In this document: piece by piece, positions 42,983-57,200 of the stretch
Layout of the letters: each line of letters opens with the position of its first letter
How positions within the stretch are numbered: position 1 is the first letter of the stretch
Assembly (NCBI GenBank): GCA_964016885.1
Contig: OZ024740.1
Span: 118,234,001 to 118,298,000 of the forward strand
From: Eledone cirrhosa
Lineage: Eukaryota
Length of the DNA: 64,000 nucleotides
Direction of reading: 5' to 3'
Notes under the pieces: generated by a model
Told to the model about the DNA's origin: nothing
The model's input: the letters and a program-made list of their open reading frames with translations, nothing else
Database searches by the model: none
Program-made: the position numbers and the translations under genes

Positions 42983-43044
<62 letters not shown>

Positions 43045-43281
43045 CGTGTGTGCGTGTATGTGTGTGTATATGTGTGTGTGAGTGACTTGTGAAATACCAA
43101 ACCCACCATGAATTCATTGAAGTGTGTCGGACGGAGAGTAGCTGATGGACAGTATGGCACCAAATATTGGCCAGAATTTTTGATGACGTAGAAAAACAAC
43201 AGCCAACAGCAGGACAAGCGAGGAAGATGTTTTTTGAAGCAAAAAACCCCAGTGAGAAAATTTGTTCTCTAATTATTGCAA

Positions 43282-43369
43282 GTGTCTGACGAACCTACAG
43301 TTCTAGAATCAGACAGATCCATACAATGATCGTGTCTCGAGCTGTCTGTCAGCGAAACAATTGTAACAC
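43282..43369 (+). ncRNA. Type I hammerhead ribozyme with canonical core and 61-nt stem II region
   Basis: GTGT-CTGACGA-[61 nt]-GAAAC AATT GTA-ACAC, AATAAA at 43372. An inverted copy of the 3' half lies at ~42858-42920. Confidence 0.75.
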
Positions 43370-43486
43370 ACAATAAATTGAGTCCAGATGCATCACTGAT
43401 TTTTCGTTTTATATATATATATATGAAATGGTGTGGTGACTGTTGGGCTATGCTGTATATTAAAAAACTAATATACAACATCACAA

Positions 43487-43668
43487 ATAATTGTTTCTAC
43501 TTTTGGCACAAGGCTAGTAATTAGCCAGTGGATTACTCGTACTTTATTTTATCGACCCCGTAAGGATGAAAGGCAAAGTTAACCTCGGCGAAATTTGAAC
43601 TCAGAGAGCAAGGGCCATAACTCTATGTGTCAAAGTGTGGTGTCCGACCCTCTACCGATACTGCCAAA
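43487..43668 (-). mobile_element. Nin/Deu-like tRNA SINE
   Basis: Same family as 15846-16033. Confidence 0.85.
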
Positions 43669-44304
43669 GAAAAATCATGTTCATATATTTCAGATATTAT
43701 TTTAGGTTAGATCTCATAAAACCAGCGACCTAAAATTCAAGCCAATGTCCAACAATGGAAAATGCTGGAAAACAGAAATTGACCCCTAATGTGAATTAAA
43801 TGTTAAAGTTTCATCGAGCCAAATCTTATCTCAGTTTCATTTACCTTAAGGGACTGAGAATACAGGACTCTTCCACATATGGGATGCTACTCTATTGCAA
43901 CTGGTACTCATTTTTTAAGATGAGTAGACTAGAGTAATGTAAAATGAAGTGGCCTCCTCACAAACACAGCAGACCTTTCAGTCTGGGAACCAAATTCATG
44001 ATCTTATAATCATGAGTCCAATACTCTAAACTTTAGGTTTTGTAGTTTTGTAACGATAGCCTCTAGTAAACAGTCTTCTCTTGTTATCTATATATATCTA
44101 CATCTTGCATATACACTGCTGTCTTACTAAAGTTAATCATGTATATGTACATGAATTCTGTATGCTAGGAATACACTGAAACATATTTATTTCATGCAGT
44201 CACAATGTTCTTATATTTTATTCCATAGACAAGTAGTGCAATGTTTGCATCAGTAACAATTACGAAAATTGAAATTGAGCCCATTCGCAATAAAACATAA
44301 TGAC

Positions 44305-44306
<2 letters not shown>

Positions 44307-44378
<72 letters not shown>
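44307..44378. repeat. (GA)n microsatellite
   Basis: Seen directly. Confidence 0.97.
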
Positions 44379-44382
<4 letters not shown>

Positions 44383-45569
44383 CATAAACTGACTTTACAT
44401 AACTGAAAGATAGAAAATCTTAAAGAATAATTGACAAATATGCAAAGAAAGCTGATGAAACAAATAAATGAAACAAAGAACTACATATAAAAATTACAAA
44501 ATCAAAGAACATAACTGAAATACAATTGATAGAGAAATTTCAAAGGATGACAAAACTTCAAAAAGACAAACAAGGAATAAAAAATGTAAAAAAAATATAC
44601 AAATAAACAAAAATAACAACAGAGAATTAAATGGAAAGAAGACATAAGTTGAAAAGCTTACTTCAAAAAGAAATAATGGTTCACTTCTTGGAAGAAAAAA
44701 AAAATGGAAAAGATAGAAATGTTACAAAACACACACTGATTAACTCCATTAAAAATAAAGTGGTTAAAATTGATAGTCTCAGATCAATGTCAGAAATTAT
44801 TTGTTTATTTGTTTATCTATGAGTGAGCTGGATTAGTAGAATTGTAGTGTCAGACCTTGCAATTAACTATAGTAAATCAAAACAGTGAAATAAGTGCTAC
44901 CAATATTTAATGGACTGAGCAAGATAACTTTAATTAATTGTGACTATATTTGTACCAAGCAGAGGTAAACATTGTTGAACCATGCCTAACTAAACCAAAT
45001 TTAAGGGAGATAACTTAACAGAACTGGTTTATGCTCTTTCTTGTTGTATTGATTTAGTTTGATAAATTTGTTTCTGTTTAGCCTCTAGTATATAACTGAT
45101 ATGTGAAGGCATTCTAGTTGTGATCATTCTGTCTTTTTCGCCAAGTTGAGTGTATCTAGTGAAAATGATGTGCCTTGCTTAAAGATCCAACTCACTGACT
45201 AGTCTGAGAATTGAACCCATGCACCTTCACATTAAAACAAAAGATTGAATTATTGCACATATATAATCCAAATAAAATGGATACAGTTCACAGTTCACAG
45301 TTCACTTCCAGCCAAGCATTGTATTTTATATCGGATATTTGGTAGGCAAAACTAACAATATTCTACCGAGAGTCTAGGCATCATCAAAGATCAAATGAGC
45401 AGTCTATTTGAAGGAACCTTTAATCTGGTAATCAAGGTAATACTATATCTATTAAATTCCTTGCTTCACCTAGAAGTGGCTGTCCCTCTATTAAAGTGTT
45501 TTATTTTATTCCTTTTTTAATACTGATGTTCTCGTCCCACCCTTGCAAGCAGGGAAAAGTGGACGTAAA

Positions 45570-45611
<42 letters not shown>

Positions 45612-48179
45612 CTTTTATTTTTTTCATAATTGATGCAACATAAATCCTTCCTAGCTTTTTTTTGTGATTTCTCATTTTGTGATATCTCATTTGTACTCCT
45701 TGTGGTAAATATAAATCATTGTTTTGTTGTGTCTTGTTTGTAGCCAAAATAAATATCATTTATTCAATTAAAATATACTGGCATTATGTGGTGCTAGCAG
45801 AATAAATCCGTGACATGCTTTTCATTCCTAGCTAAAGAAATTTTACATTTTTACTGATAGTTTTAGTTGAATCATGAATGTTATGGAATCTATAAGGGAG
45901 CTTCTAAGTAGATGCTCACCTACTAGAAATAGCAGTCAAATCTTTCTCAAAGTGCTGTCTACTATCTTAGAAAAGGAAATAATACCCAATACATTTTAGT
46001 TCTATCTAATAAAAACAAAGATGGGAAGATTACGGATGAAATGTATTTAATCATAAATCTGTTTGATCAGGGTTAACATGGGACTAATCATCAGCAATAG
46101 CAAAATCAATGTCACAATTTTCTATCCCTTTCTACGCACGCATACATTCCCTTCCCCAAAGAATTTTACAGGGTTTAGATATAGTAAGAAACAATTTTCA
46201 CTAATATTTTTTCTAACATTCCTAACTATTTTATGTTGAGAATATATTTTATTTTGTATTTTTAATATCTTTTTTATGAATTTATTTCTACTTATTTCTA
46301 ATTTGGGCTTTAGATGTATTTCTTTATAAACCTAAGTGGGAAATAATATACATTCTAAAAATAAGCAAGAAATCTTCAACAAAGCTAAAAGCTTTCTTAA
46401 TATGCTAACCTATTCATAGAATAAAATAATCTGCAGCATTTCTTCTTTACCTTCAACATGCATTAAGTATTTAGTATATATAGTTTCTGTGTGCTTGCTA
46501 CTGAGTATTATTTAGTAAATAGCATTGGAAGAAGTAAATTTGATTCTAGAGGTTGAGAAGTACTAGATAATTTAGAGTATCTAGTTATTTTCCTAACTTT
46601 TCAAGTTCAATTTTGATCACTTTTGAGATATATTGCCTCTCAATTGTTGTTGTTGTTATTTCAGTTTAACCACAGGTCTACATTGATTGAGTTGATCTAG
46701 TATCAAATACATTCCAGTCGTAACTATCCCTTTATTTGTCTTTCTAGAACAACATTATCTAATGTGTCATTCCTTTTAGTTTGTACTGAGTATTAATCAG
46801 AACATATCATTGAAAGATATCAATTTGGATCTAAAGATTGGGCTGTATTAGATAACTTATTGTGACCATCTCACCGTTTTGTATAACAATAACTAGTTCA
46901 ACAAATCCCTTCCAATATTTTATTCAGTAGGTGGGAATTTAAGAGAGATTAAACTGATGTTTCTAGCAAGTTGGAAGGCCATGTCAAGGCTTCTGCATTG
47001 GCTCATTGCTAGCCTGGTTGATAATTTAATTTTTTGAAATTTGCTGGGCTTAGTATCATTTACCTACTTTCCAATTTCTTAAAGAAATCTTAATAACTAT
47101 ATATTGAAAATAAGCCCACATATAAATAAATAAATGATGTTTTATATTGGCTGAAAGTCATAAATTTATTGTGGAAGAGTATAGTTGATTGAATCAATGA
47201 CAGTATGTTAGTGGAACTTATCAAACCCCAGAAGTGAAGTAGATCCCAATGGGATATGACTTAGAATACAATAATGTATTTAGTATGCTGTTCTACTATA
47301 TATGTCAATTCAGTGCCTTGGAAATGACTGATCAATAGGAAAAAGTGTGTAAATATTGTTTGGATAGCACGGTGAGAAGGAAATATCTTCACCTGTGTTA
47401 TACATGTTTGCTTTTGTCTTATCATCATTAATGTATGTCTGTTTCCCATACTGCTATAGTATTAGTTATATGAGTTTCATTGGGTATGCATTTTGGGCAG
47501 TGGTTGTCCTGTTTGAGCTGTTGTTATACTGTAACTGATGAGTTAAGGAAACTCAGAGGAAATGACTTCTGGTACTGCTATGATCAATGGAAAAAAACGT
47601 TGTGACTTCCCAAAGGGCATATTTTGAAAAAGGTAACTTCTACATCTGATATACATTTAAATAAAATATTAGGACCTTTACTTTTTGGAGAAACCTCATA
47701 TATGTATCAACGATTGCAGTACAAGAGTTTATTGCTTAGATAGCATAAACACTCTGTAAACATGGTTTTTCACGTAACCTTTTTCAATATCAATTCTTTG
47801 TTTATGATCAGATCAGTTATCTGAACACACTTAGTTATCTGAATTAGATGCTCCTAGTCACATAATGAAGCTTTAACTGTAGCTGTCATTAATCCAGTCA
47901 AATGACAAATAAACACTTTCAACTTTTGTAAATGATCTGATGGTACTAACAATAGAGCTGTAATTTTCATTCTATGGATCATGCTCCAATTTGGGTTGAA
48001 AAATAATTCTTAAAAGAGCATGAAAATATATTGCATTACATTTGATAAAATGTAAAATATTCAGCCATAGATATGAGGGTTACAACATAACATGTTCTGA
48101 AAACAAAATCTGAGAAATATTTCCCCCAAAAATTTAACGAAGTCTAATTTATAATATTTTAGGAAAATGGCTTTTGATT

Positions 48180-48520
48180 TAAAAAGCACCTAGTCCAACT
48201 GGTCAGTTGATCATGTTGGTGACACAAATGAAAAGTACCCTATCCACTGGGTAAAGTGGTCATGTTGGTGACACAACAAAAAGCACCTAGTCAGCCCTGT
48301 AAAATGGTCATGTTGGTGACATGACAAAAAGCACCCAGCCTATATTGTAAATGAAGTTGGTATTTGGAAGGGCATCCAGCTACAGAAACCAAGTCAGAAA
48401 CAGTTCTAGATGAGCAAGACATAGTCATCTGATCTGACTTGTCTCACAATGAGACAACTCATCTAACACATGCTAGCTTGGAAAAATGGACATTAAACAC
48501 TGATGGTGGTGATGATGATG
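48180..48520 (+). mobile_element. Old RTE 3' UTR with about four tandem ~47-bp units
   Basis: Repeated AAAAAGCACCTAG..GGTCATGTTGGTGACA, then GGAAGGGCATCCAGCTACAGAAA and an (ATG)n-like tail. Confidence 0.75.
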
Positions 48521-48919
48521 TGTAGCAGAGGATTAATGCTCTGACAAAATGGGTAATAATGATTAAAAGTTGAAAATTGCTAACCTAGATAGTAATGATT
48601 GTGACATGGCTTTCTTTCAGTCTTGAATATCATATGCAGCTTAAAACCATACAACCTTTGCCCAGACTGAAAAATATGTGTAGTCTTTACAAAAGTGTGA
48701 CTGAAACTGTACATCAACACAAGTTTTATATCTTATTTTCTATGCTGCAATGTGTTGGATGGGACTTTTAGAGGAAATGTTTTATAGCCAGATGCACTCC
48801 CTGGCACTGATTATTTTATACCGCTCAAAGATTGGTGTACCTATTCTACATCAGCGACAAACACAGTATAAGTTACTATGAAACAAAATGATATTAACAG
48901 AAAAAAATTGATTACAAAG

Positions 48920-49027
48920 ATAATTGTTTCTACTTTAGGCACAAGGCCAGCAATTACCCAGTGCATTACTGGTACTTTATTTTATCGACCCCGTAAGGAT
49001 GAAAGGCAAAGTCAACCTCGGCGGGAT
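48920..49027 (-). mobile_element. Nin/Deu-like SINE 3' part, flanked by a direct repeat
   Basis: Family motif present; AAATTGATTACAAAGATAAT occurs on both sides (~48905 and ~49031). Confidence 0.8.
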
Positions 49028-50252
49028 TACAAATTGATTACAAAGATAATGGTGATAATTAATATTGTTTAAGAGAAGGAGGAGCCACTTTTGTTTTGCT
49101 ATTACTTTTAATTGATATCATAAAATAGATACATCTACATTAAATTCCTATATGTAGTTATTCAGAAAACTAAAGTAAAATTATTAATAGTTATAATATA
49201 ATGAAATTTACTAATATAAAAATTATAGTTACCATATGGAAATGTATATTTCTTAATAATAAATATGAATTAAGTATGGAAACAGCTGTGCTTTACTGAT
49301 AGAGCTATTTTGACTTTTGAAAGATATAAACATATTTCATATTGTTCTTATATTGATTGACTAACTTTTTCACAATGCTACATTTCGTATAATATGTACT
49401 GTGGTACCAGTGAAACTAAAAATGTTACCAGCTTGATGGTAAATACAAGCTAATTCAATGAAAAGAAAAAACATTCATGTCTGTCTGCAGTTATAATGAT
49501 TCACTTGTATAATAACAGTAGCTCCTTATTTAGTTTCCTCATTCCTTATGGCCATATAAATCACAAATCACTAGAAAATGATAAAAGCTTTTGGGACAGT
49601 ATACATATATATAGCATGATTTGTATCTGAAGTTACACCTCTGTTAAAAACAATAGCTATACAGTATTCTATCTATAGCACAACATTCACATCATATCTA
49701 AGGTCATCTGAAGTTTTTAACAATGGAATTTATCTTATTTCTGGCCAACATTTATAAACTACAATATGAGTTCAGATATATTGACAAATACATAAAACTT
49801 ATTCCTATACTTCCAATGTGACCATGTATACAATAATCATCATCACAGTATCTACCATATTTTGATTTCTAGAACGGCTATTTATTTTGTATTTCTATTT
49901 CCCTAGTTTAGACAGTATGTCTATAATACCTCTAAGGAGATGTGCCTCACTTTTTCAATGCTTTAACTTGTTCAAAAAAGGTCAAAAATCTCATTCTGCT
50001 TACAGATGGGTTTCAAAGTGAACACTGAAAGATAAATTAATCATAACAATGTAATAGAGAACTAAATTTTATTCAGCAATATGAAGGATTTTATCACCAG
50101 TGGTTTTAGGAAACAGATGACTGAATTCCTCAGACTGATGGTCTGTTGCTAATGATAAAGTATACATATATTAATGAGGCAAAATTCTTGTTCACTCGCT
50201 AACTGATTACACACACACATACATACATATACATATATATATATATAGATAG

Positions 50253-50289
<37 letters not shown>

Positions 50290-50290
<1 letters not shown>

Positions 50291-52075
50291 GGGAAACAGA
50301 AATAACAACACAATGGAAGAAATATATTAGGTTAATGCTTGAAATAGCAGGAAGCGCCTCTTAATGTTTCAGATGCTTGTCCTTCATCAGAAGAAAGAAT
50401 GAGATATAAGATAGATTGAGGGACGGGCGGGGTGGAATTGGAATAAAATGTTTTTAGATAAAAATAACAGGTCCATTCATGTTGACATCTCTTGGAAAAC
50501 TGTTGATGCTGGCGTTTTGTGTATGATTTATTTTTTTAGAAACGTGGAAGATGGAGCGCGTCTACCTGAAATGGAAAAAAAATGTATAAAGAGCTATACT
50601 TGTGCGCATGCATATGGATGTGCGTGTGTGTTATATGTCCATATGAAGCTAAGAAGATATGTATGTAAGTAAAAAAGTGTGTGTGTGCTTGTAAGTATGA
50701 AGCTATGAGCAAAAGTATGTTAATATAAGGGTGTGTATCTGTGTATACAGAGCTGTGAAGGAGGATAAGTGGAGTGTGCATACTTTGTCGGTCTGTATTA
50801 GTTGTAAGAATATATGTTTCTGACCATAAGAGAGCCATAGAGCGTCCTGTTTGTTCAATGTAAAAGGACCCGCAGAGTGACACAGGAGGGCATAGACACA
50901 TGGGTGGATGTGCAGGTGAAGGAGTGGCGGATATGGAATGACACGTTAGGGCCTGTGAGAGTGGTGAGGGTGGAAATGAAAGGACAAGTTTCAGCTGGGA
51001 CGAGAACAAGGATGAGAGCTGGGTGGAGTCATAGGAGAGGACGAGAAAGAACTGCATACTAGGAAGTCACGGAAGTTGCGGGGATGCTTAAATGGGGTAA
51101 TAGGTGGGTTAGGAAAAAAACGAGAAGTGACGGGGCTCAGAAGAGAGGGTGTGGAAGAAACGGAGGATATATCGCCGGAGTGGTAGGGTGATGGGGTGGT
51201 AGGTGAGAGGGAAAGAAAGGCAGGTGTTGGGAGGGCGCTGGTGAGATGACAGGGCTGTGGTACGGTCAGTTTCACAGGCGTGGGTGAGAGCAACTTGGAT
51301 CAGGGTGGGGGAGATATCCATGCTGGATGAAGTGGGCAGCCATGTGAAGGGAATGGGTTTGGAAATCGTTGTCCTGGTCACAGAGCCAAGAAGATGGAGG
51401 AATTGCGAATAGGGTATGGAGTGTTTGGTGTGGGTTGGATGGGAGGAGGTGAAGTCGAGGTGGGAGGAGGTCAGTTTATAGAAGATGGAAGTGGAGAGGG
51501 TGTGGTGAGAGTGATTGATAGATAGAGAGATATCGAGAAAAGGCGCATAAGAATCAGAGATGGAGGCAGTGAAGGTGAGAGCGGGATGGAAATATTGGAC
51601 AAAAGACAGAAAGAAGTCGAGCTGTTCTCATATTAGAGAGGTGGCGCCAATACAGTTGTCAATATAATGGCTGTATAGCTCAGCAATAGGTCCAGTGTAC
51701 TGGGAGAAGATCTGGGCTTTGACTTAGCCAACAAACAAGTTTGCATAGTTTGGTCCCATTCTGGTTCCCATCGCTACCACAGAGACCTGCTGATAGAATT
51801 CACCCCCAAAAATAAGCCATTGAGGGTCAAAACAAGCTCAGCCAGATGGGAAAGAGTGATAGTGCTGGGGAAAGGGGTAGAGGGTAAGTCAAAAAAGTGT
51901 CAGAGAGTGCGGAGGCCATCATCATGAGGGATGACGGTATAGAGAGAGGTGATGTCTAGAGTAAAGAGAAGGCGAGAGGGGCCAGGATGGAAGGAGAAGG
52001 AGTTAAAGATCTAAGGGCATGATTGGTATCACGGATGTGGGAGGGGAGGTTGACGATTCACTGGGCGAGGATGGT
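50290..52075 (-). mobile_element. Degenerate Neptune-like PLE (RT to GIY-YIG to 3' end)
   Basis: Minus strand FTLDITSLYTVIPHDDGL, AMGTRMGPNYANLFVG, YIDNCIG, HTKHSIPYSQFL, CSLCGSFYIEQTGR. An HHR-like CTGATGA-AGG..TCT-GAAACATT lies at 50357-50397. Confidence 0.88.
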
Positions 52076-52114
<39 letters not shown>

Positions 52115-52849
52115 TAGTGTAGTTAATATGAAACATTTTGACATATGCAGTAGATGGCAATAATTTTCAAAAACCTGGTACAAAGTAATGTTTTACCCAG
52201 TGTATTCTAACATAATATTTTGGATCTAATACACTCTTTTCAAATACAGAGCTGAAACATTCAAAACAAAACAGAATGAACAATCAACGAATTCTTCCCT
52301 AACTGGTCTACATGTCTGTAATATGCATGGGATAAAATAAAGTACCAGTAATGTACTGGGGTTAAGTTAATCAACTTCCCCTCGCCAAAAATTGCTGGCC
52401 TTGTGCCTAACTCAGAAAGTATAATATATTACATTAAAATAAATGTGATATGGTCATATGATTCTGTCTGTATGAGCTTTTTCAAACAACTGTATTTCTC
52501 TCCGAGGAAATCACTGGATATATATTTAGGTTTATATATAAATATATATATATATATACCAGTCATATATTGGTATTGATATAATAAACTATACACAAAA
52601 GTAGTTCCAGCATAGTCACAATGACAAAAACTTATAATATAATGTGTGTGTGTGTGTGCGCGCACGCGCGCGCGTGTGTGCTTGTGTATGTGTGTGAGCA
52701 TGCATAATTAGTTAAGATGCTAGGGTATGTGATATCAATTGTTATACATTTGAAAATTATTTGTTTTATTGAAAGAAAAGATAACAAATTGACATACAGA
52801 AATCATGCCAGAGGTATTTTGATTATTTACCAAACCAGGCCCGCTTCCT

Positions 52850-53235
52850 CTGGTACTTTATTTTATCGACCCCGTAAGGATGAAAGGCAAAGTCAACCTC
52901 GGCGGGATTTGAACCCTTTACGATCTGAGTTCAAATCTCGCCGAGGTTGACTTTGCCTTTCATCCTTACGGGGTCGATAAAATAAAGTACCAGTAATGCA
53001 CTGGGTATTTGCTGGCCTTGTGCCTAAAGTAGAAACAATTATTAATTTGAATTGGCAGTATCGGTAGAGGGTTGGACGCCATGCTTTGCAGCAAAGAGTT
53101 GCATCTCTTTATGGTCTGAGTTCAAATCCCGCCAAGGTTAACTTTGCCTTTCATCCTTACGGGGTTGATAAAATAAAGTACCAGTAATGTACTGGGTAAT
53201 TGCTGGCCTTGTGCCAAAAGTAGAAACAATTATTA
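52850..53235. mobile_element. Cluster of Nin/Deu-like SINEs: inverted pair 52850-52993 followed by a full copy 53050-53235 (+)
   Basis: ~65-bp arms with a 14-bp spacer; family motifs as above. Confidence 0.88.
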
Positions 53236-53639
53236 ATTAAAGGAAGAGGCTTAACTATGTGTAACAAATTAGCTGAGAAAATTTTGAAATGGAATATGTA
53301 GGGAGTTTGTTGTAGAATGTATTACAAAAGATAAACCTTTCTGGCTTAATTTGAATAGGGGAGCTGTATATTCTGGATGATAGAAATGGTAGACAAGAGA
53401 AGCACATGCAACGCAGTCAGAAATGGAACCAACTTCAAGATAGAATGAATCATTATACTAGTCTTTGGGGATTATTTATTTTTTAATGAATTTATCACAT
53501 TAGAAAATAGGCATTACAATCTCTACTAGAGAGTAGTGTGTTTGGCATTTACAGAATCAACCAGTTCTAAGTATTTTTCTTCAATTATTCATATAGATAT
53601 TTCAATTTGTAGTTATTATGTACAATCTATGTTGGCCTT

Positions 53640-53775
53640 TGAAGATGCATAACTTAGTGGTTAGGGTGTTCAGCTTGTAATTGTATGGTCATGAGTTCCA
53701 TTCTTGGTGGCATATTTTGTCTTTGAACAAGATATTTTCTTTCATGCTGCTCCAGTCTACCCAGCTGGGAAACAA
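53640..53775 (+). mobile_element. Old degenerate CORE-type SINE (a similar copy lies at ~15290-15430)
   Basis: CTTAGTGGTTAGGGTG..GAGTTC..CTTTGAACAAG..TGCTCCAGTCTACCCAGCTG. Confidence 0.6.
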
Positions 53776-55190
53776 CAAGCTGTACCCGAGATTAAAAGGA
53801 CCAGATTTACCACACATAATGTCCCACTGAATCTCCCTGACAATTAAATTAAGAAAAAATTATGTCTGTGGAATGCTCAGCCACTTGCATGTTAATTTCA
53901 TGAACAGACAGTCCCATTGATCAAACAGTTGGAACACACATCTGTAGAACCAATAGCAGCCCATCACAAAGTTGGTATAAAGCAAAAATAAAAGCAATAA
54001 TGAACCAATTTGGAATCTTCCACAGTGTCACTCAAATATCGCAGAGGAGAGGAAGATAATCAAATACCAGGGCCTGACCCATCACTTCCTATTTGCACTG
54101 GTTTCGATTGAGACTGATGTCATCCTTTGTTCTTACACTGTTGATTTCCTCCACAAAGTCAGAAAAACGGCAGCCCATTTAAAGAGGGTTTCCATGAGGT
54201 GGTGTGGCTGCTGCAGGTGTCTCTGCAGGTGTCTCTGGCCATTCACCATTGTAACGCTTTTGCCATTTTGCCCACATAGCACAGCCAAGGCACTGTTCTG
54301 ACTGGGATGTAGTGACTGTCCCTCCCCCTCCCTTGTCACTTGATCTTTCTTTCTTTTTCTCTTTATTAATTTCCTTTTCTCTTTTCTCTTTTTCTTTTTC
54401 CTTTAGTGGTGTCAATATTTTTATATAATGTCAATGTCCTTTCATGACATTGTGAAATTTTGTATATGGAGAAAAATTATCCTCAAACCATGCCCAAATG
54501 TCTTAACAGAAAATGGGCATATAGTTAGGCAATTCAGATCGTGATGTATTAAAATGTAGGATGAACTCCTTTAATAATACATCTGCCAAATTAAGGCAGA
54601 TCTGATGATAGGAACAAAAACAGACATGAAGAATGTGACTTGTTTATGCATTACATCTGTTTCATATATGTAAAACCATCTAGCTCCTTTGGGTGCTTTT
54701 AAACAAGTTTGTACCCTTACATAAGGTTTGTTTTCTTCTGAATTTGTGCAAATCCAAAGCTTGATTCTCCTTAGGTGCCTCTGTTCTCTTTTATCTCTCT
54801 ATATGAGCATTTTCACTGAATCCCTCATCTATTATTTACAGAGAAAAATTCTCGCTTACAATTATTTTTTGTGTTCAGAATTTTTGCATCTTCATATATA
54901 TATACATTATACTGTGTAAATTAACATAATATAATCTTATTTTCTAGATCTTAACCAAAAAGAATATAGATTAAAAATCCCAAACTTGTTTTGTCTTCTT
55001 CTTTTCCTTTTAAGCATAGCCGAGAATATTATTATTGCATATGTCATTATTTTGAAAAAGCGTGAATCTTGTTGTGTAAAGTTTATCTCTTCTCGTTAAC
55101 ATAGTATATATAACATTATTTTCCGTATCTTAGCCAAAAGTAATATAGATTCAAAATCTAAAACGCAATTTTCCTTTTAAGCATAGCCTG

Positions 55191-55570
55191 GAGATTGAAT
55201 GGCTGTTCCAGCGCATCTCCCTTACCATCCTCCGGGGAAACGTCTTCTCCATTCTGTCCACTGGGGTGGCTAGCATGCAGGACCCCATTTGTTCATAATA
55301 GAGAAAGATGGGGAGGGTGAGAGAGATGGTGGTGATGACAGTGGGAGTACGGCTCATCTGTGTTCGGACCTGGTGTACAGCATCAGTTATCTGTAAGGTG
55401 GTAGTGACTTTTAGTTAGTTATTAAATATATCTCATCTCCTCTCGTCACAGTTAGAAAGAATTTAATTGTATATATATATACGTCTAGAATATCATTATT
55501 GCTTTCATTGTTATATGTGTGTAAACATGTAGTATACTTGTAGTTAGTTTCCTGACATACAGATTTTGAA
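55191..55570 (+). mobile_element. 3' fragment of a CRE-type (restriction-like endonuclease) non-LTR element
   Basis: Translates EIEWLFQRISLTILRGNVFSILSTG, resembling the L.QRIS..I.RGN C-terminal motif of CRE-clade ORFs. The 3' boundary is uncertain. Confidence 0.55.
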
Positions 55571-55579
55571 CATTTTATA

Positions 55580-57200
55580 TGCTCTTATGACTGGCCATAA
55601 AATCCAACGTGGTAACATTCTTGGCTAGTTTGTAGCTATTTAGTGCTACCCTGCTTCTCAATCGTGGTGGGTACTTCCTTCTGCACCAGCTATCATGCTT
55701 CTTCCAATTCTGTCTGAACAACGGTGCTACTCCAGAACAGTAGAAAACTGTCAGTGTCATTCCTCTGATCAAAAAGGGTGACTGCACATCACCTGTGAAC
55801 TATCGTCCAGTCAGTCTTACTTGCTGCCTTGTCAAACTGATGGAATCCTGTGTCAGAGAAACACTTTGGAACTTCTGGAGCTATCACAGTCTTATCCGGC
55901 CCTCGCAATTTGGATTTATCCCTAACACCAGCTGCTGTGATCAAATTATTGAGTTTCTTTAAGACATCACCCGTATCATTGATGGCGGCTCATGGATGGA
56001 TGTTGTTTACCTTGACTTTGCTAAAGCTTTCAATTCTGTGCCACACAAAAGACTTATGGCAAAACTCTCTGCAATGGGTGTGAAGGAGGATCTTTTTAAC
56101 TGGTTGAAGTCCTTCATTCTCAGTTGAAGAGAGGTAGTCACGGTTCTAGGACAGCATTCCTCACTGTATGAGATGTCATCTGGTGTACTACAGGGATCTG
56201 TTTTTGTTTGTGGCATATATTAATGACATAGATGCCAACTTAAAGACAGATGACATCAGGCTATACCTTGAGATAAAAAGGACAGATCCTGAACACTATA
56301 GATCTTGCCTGCAACCTGACCTGGACACAATGCAACAATGGATTACAGACTGGCAACTCAAGCTGGCTGTGGACAAGTGTACCACCATGCATTTTGGGAG
56401 TAAAAACCCAGCATCCACATACTCCCTCCACAACATTAATATCAAGAAGTCTTCTTGTGAACATTACTGTCAGCAGCGATTTGCGTTGGACGAAGCACGT
56501 ATCTAAAATTTTCAAGAAGGCGGAGGGTGTCTTAGCATCACCCAGCAAGACCTTTGTCAGCCACTCACCAGCTATCTATTTAAAGCTGTATATAGCTATG
56601 GTTCAGCCACACTTAGAATTTGCATCACCAGTCTGGAACCCCTATCTTGCTCAAAACATTGACTGCCTAGTAATGGTTTAGAGACATGCAACCAAGCGAA
56701 TACTCCCCATCAGGCATCTACCATACTCTGAAAGCCTTGCTTCCCTGGGCTTGGATACATTGAAGCTCCGACGTCTGGCAACTGACTTGGTAAACAGCCA
56801 CACAATTATTAACCAGCTTGCCAAGAACAACACTGAGTACTTTTTTGATTTCCATGTGTCTAACGCACGTGGGCATGCCAACAAAGTCAGAAAACAACAC
56901 AGATCCCATGACTTTCGGAAACATTCTTTCACACTCAGAGGTGCTGAAGCAGGGAACAAACTACCTGCATCAGTTATTAGCTTTCGAGACACTGCATCCT
57001 TTAAAACCTGCATGCTTCCTGAGATTCGCCAACACTACACCTAATATTCCCCCCTCCATGCGCACGCACACATGTATATCATGACTCATACACTATTGAC
57101 TTCCCTGACATTTGTATATTATCCTATGTACTACCTTCGATGAGTTGTAGTGCACCTGAGTACTGTACACAATAATTTCATTATTATTATTATTATTATT
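55580..57200 (+). mobile_element. 5'-truncated CR1-type LINE with (ATT)n tail, decayed
   Basis: VIPLIKKGD..NYRPVSLT, DVVYLDFAKAFNSVPH, SGVLQGSV, WQLKL..KC, PHLEFASPVWNP, L..RRL..DL, RGH..K; ends ATTTC(ATT)n. Confidence 0.9.

Noticed and set aside
47535-47556. CTGATGAGTTAAGGAAAC hammerhead-like string
   Set aside because: No stem II or stem I pairing and no NUH in position; probably chance.
48180-48360. Repeat-spacer-like array resembling CRISPR
   Set aside because: The 'spacers' are homologous to one another, the array is part of an RTE 3' UTR, the context is eukaryotic, and there are no cas genes.
54133-54415. GC-richer minus-strand ORFs
   Set aside because: Short, with no recognisable motif; could be a decayed TE but cannot be assigned.
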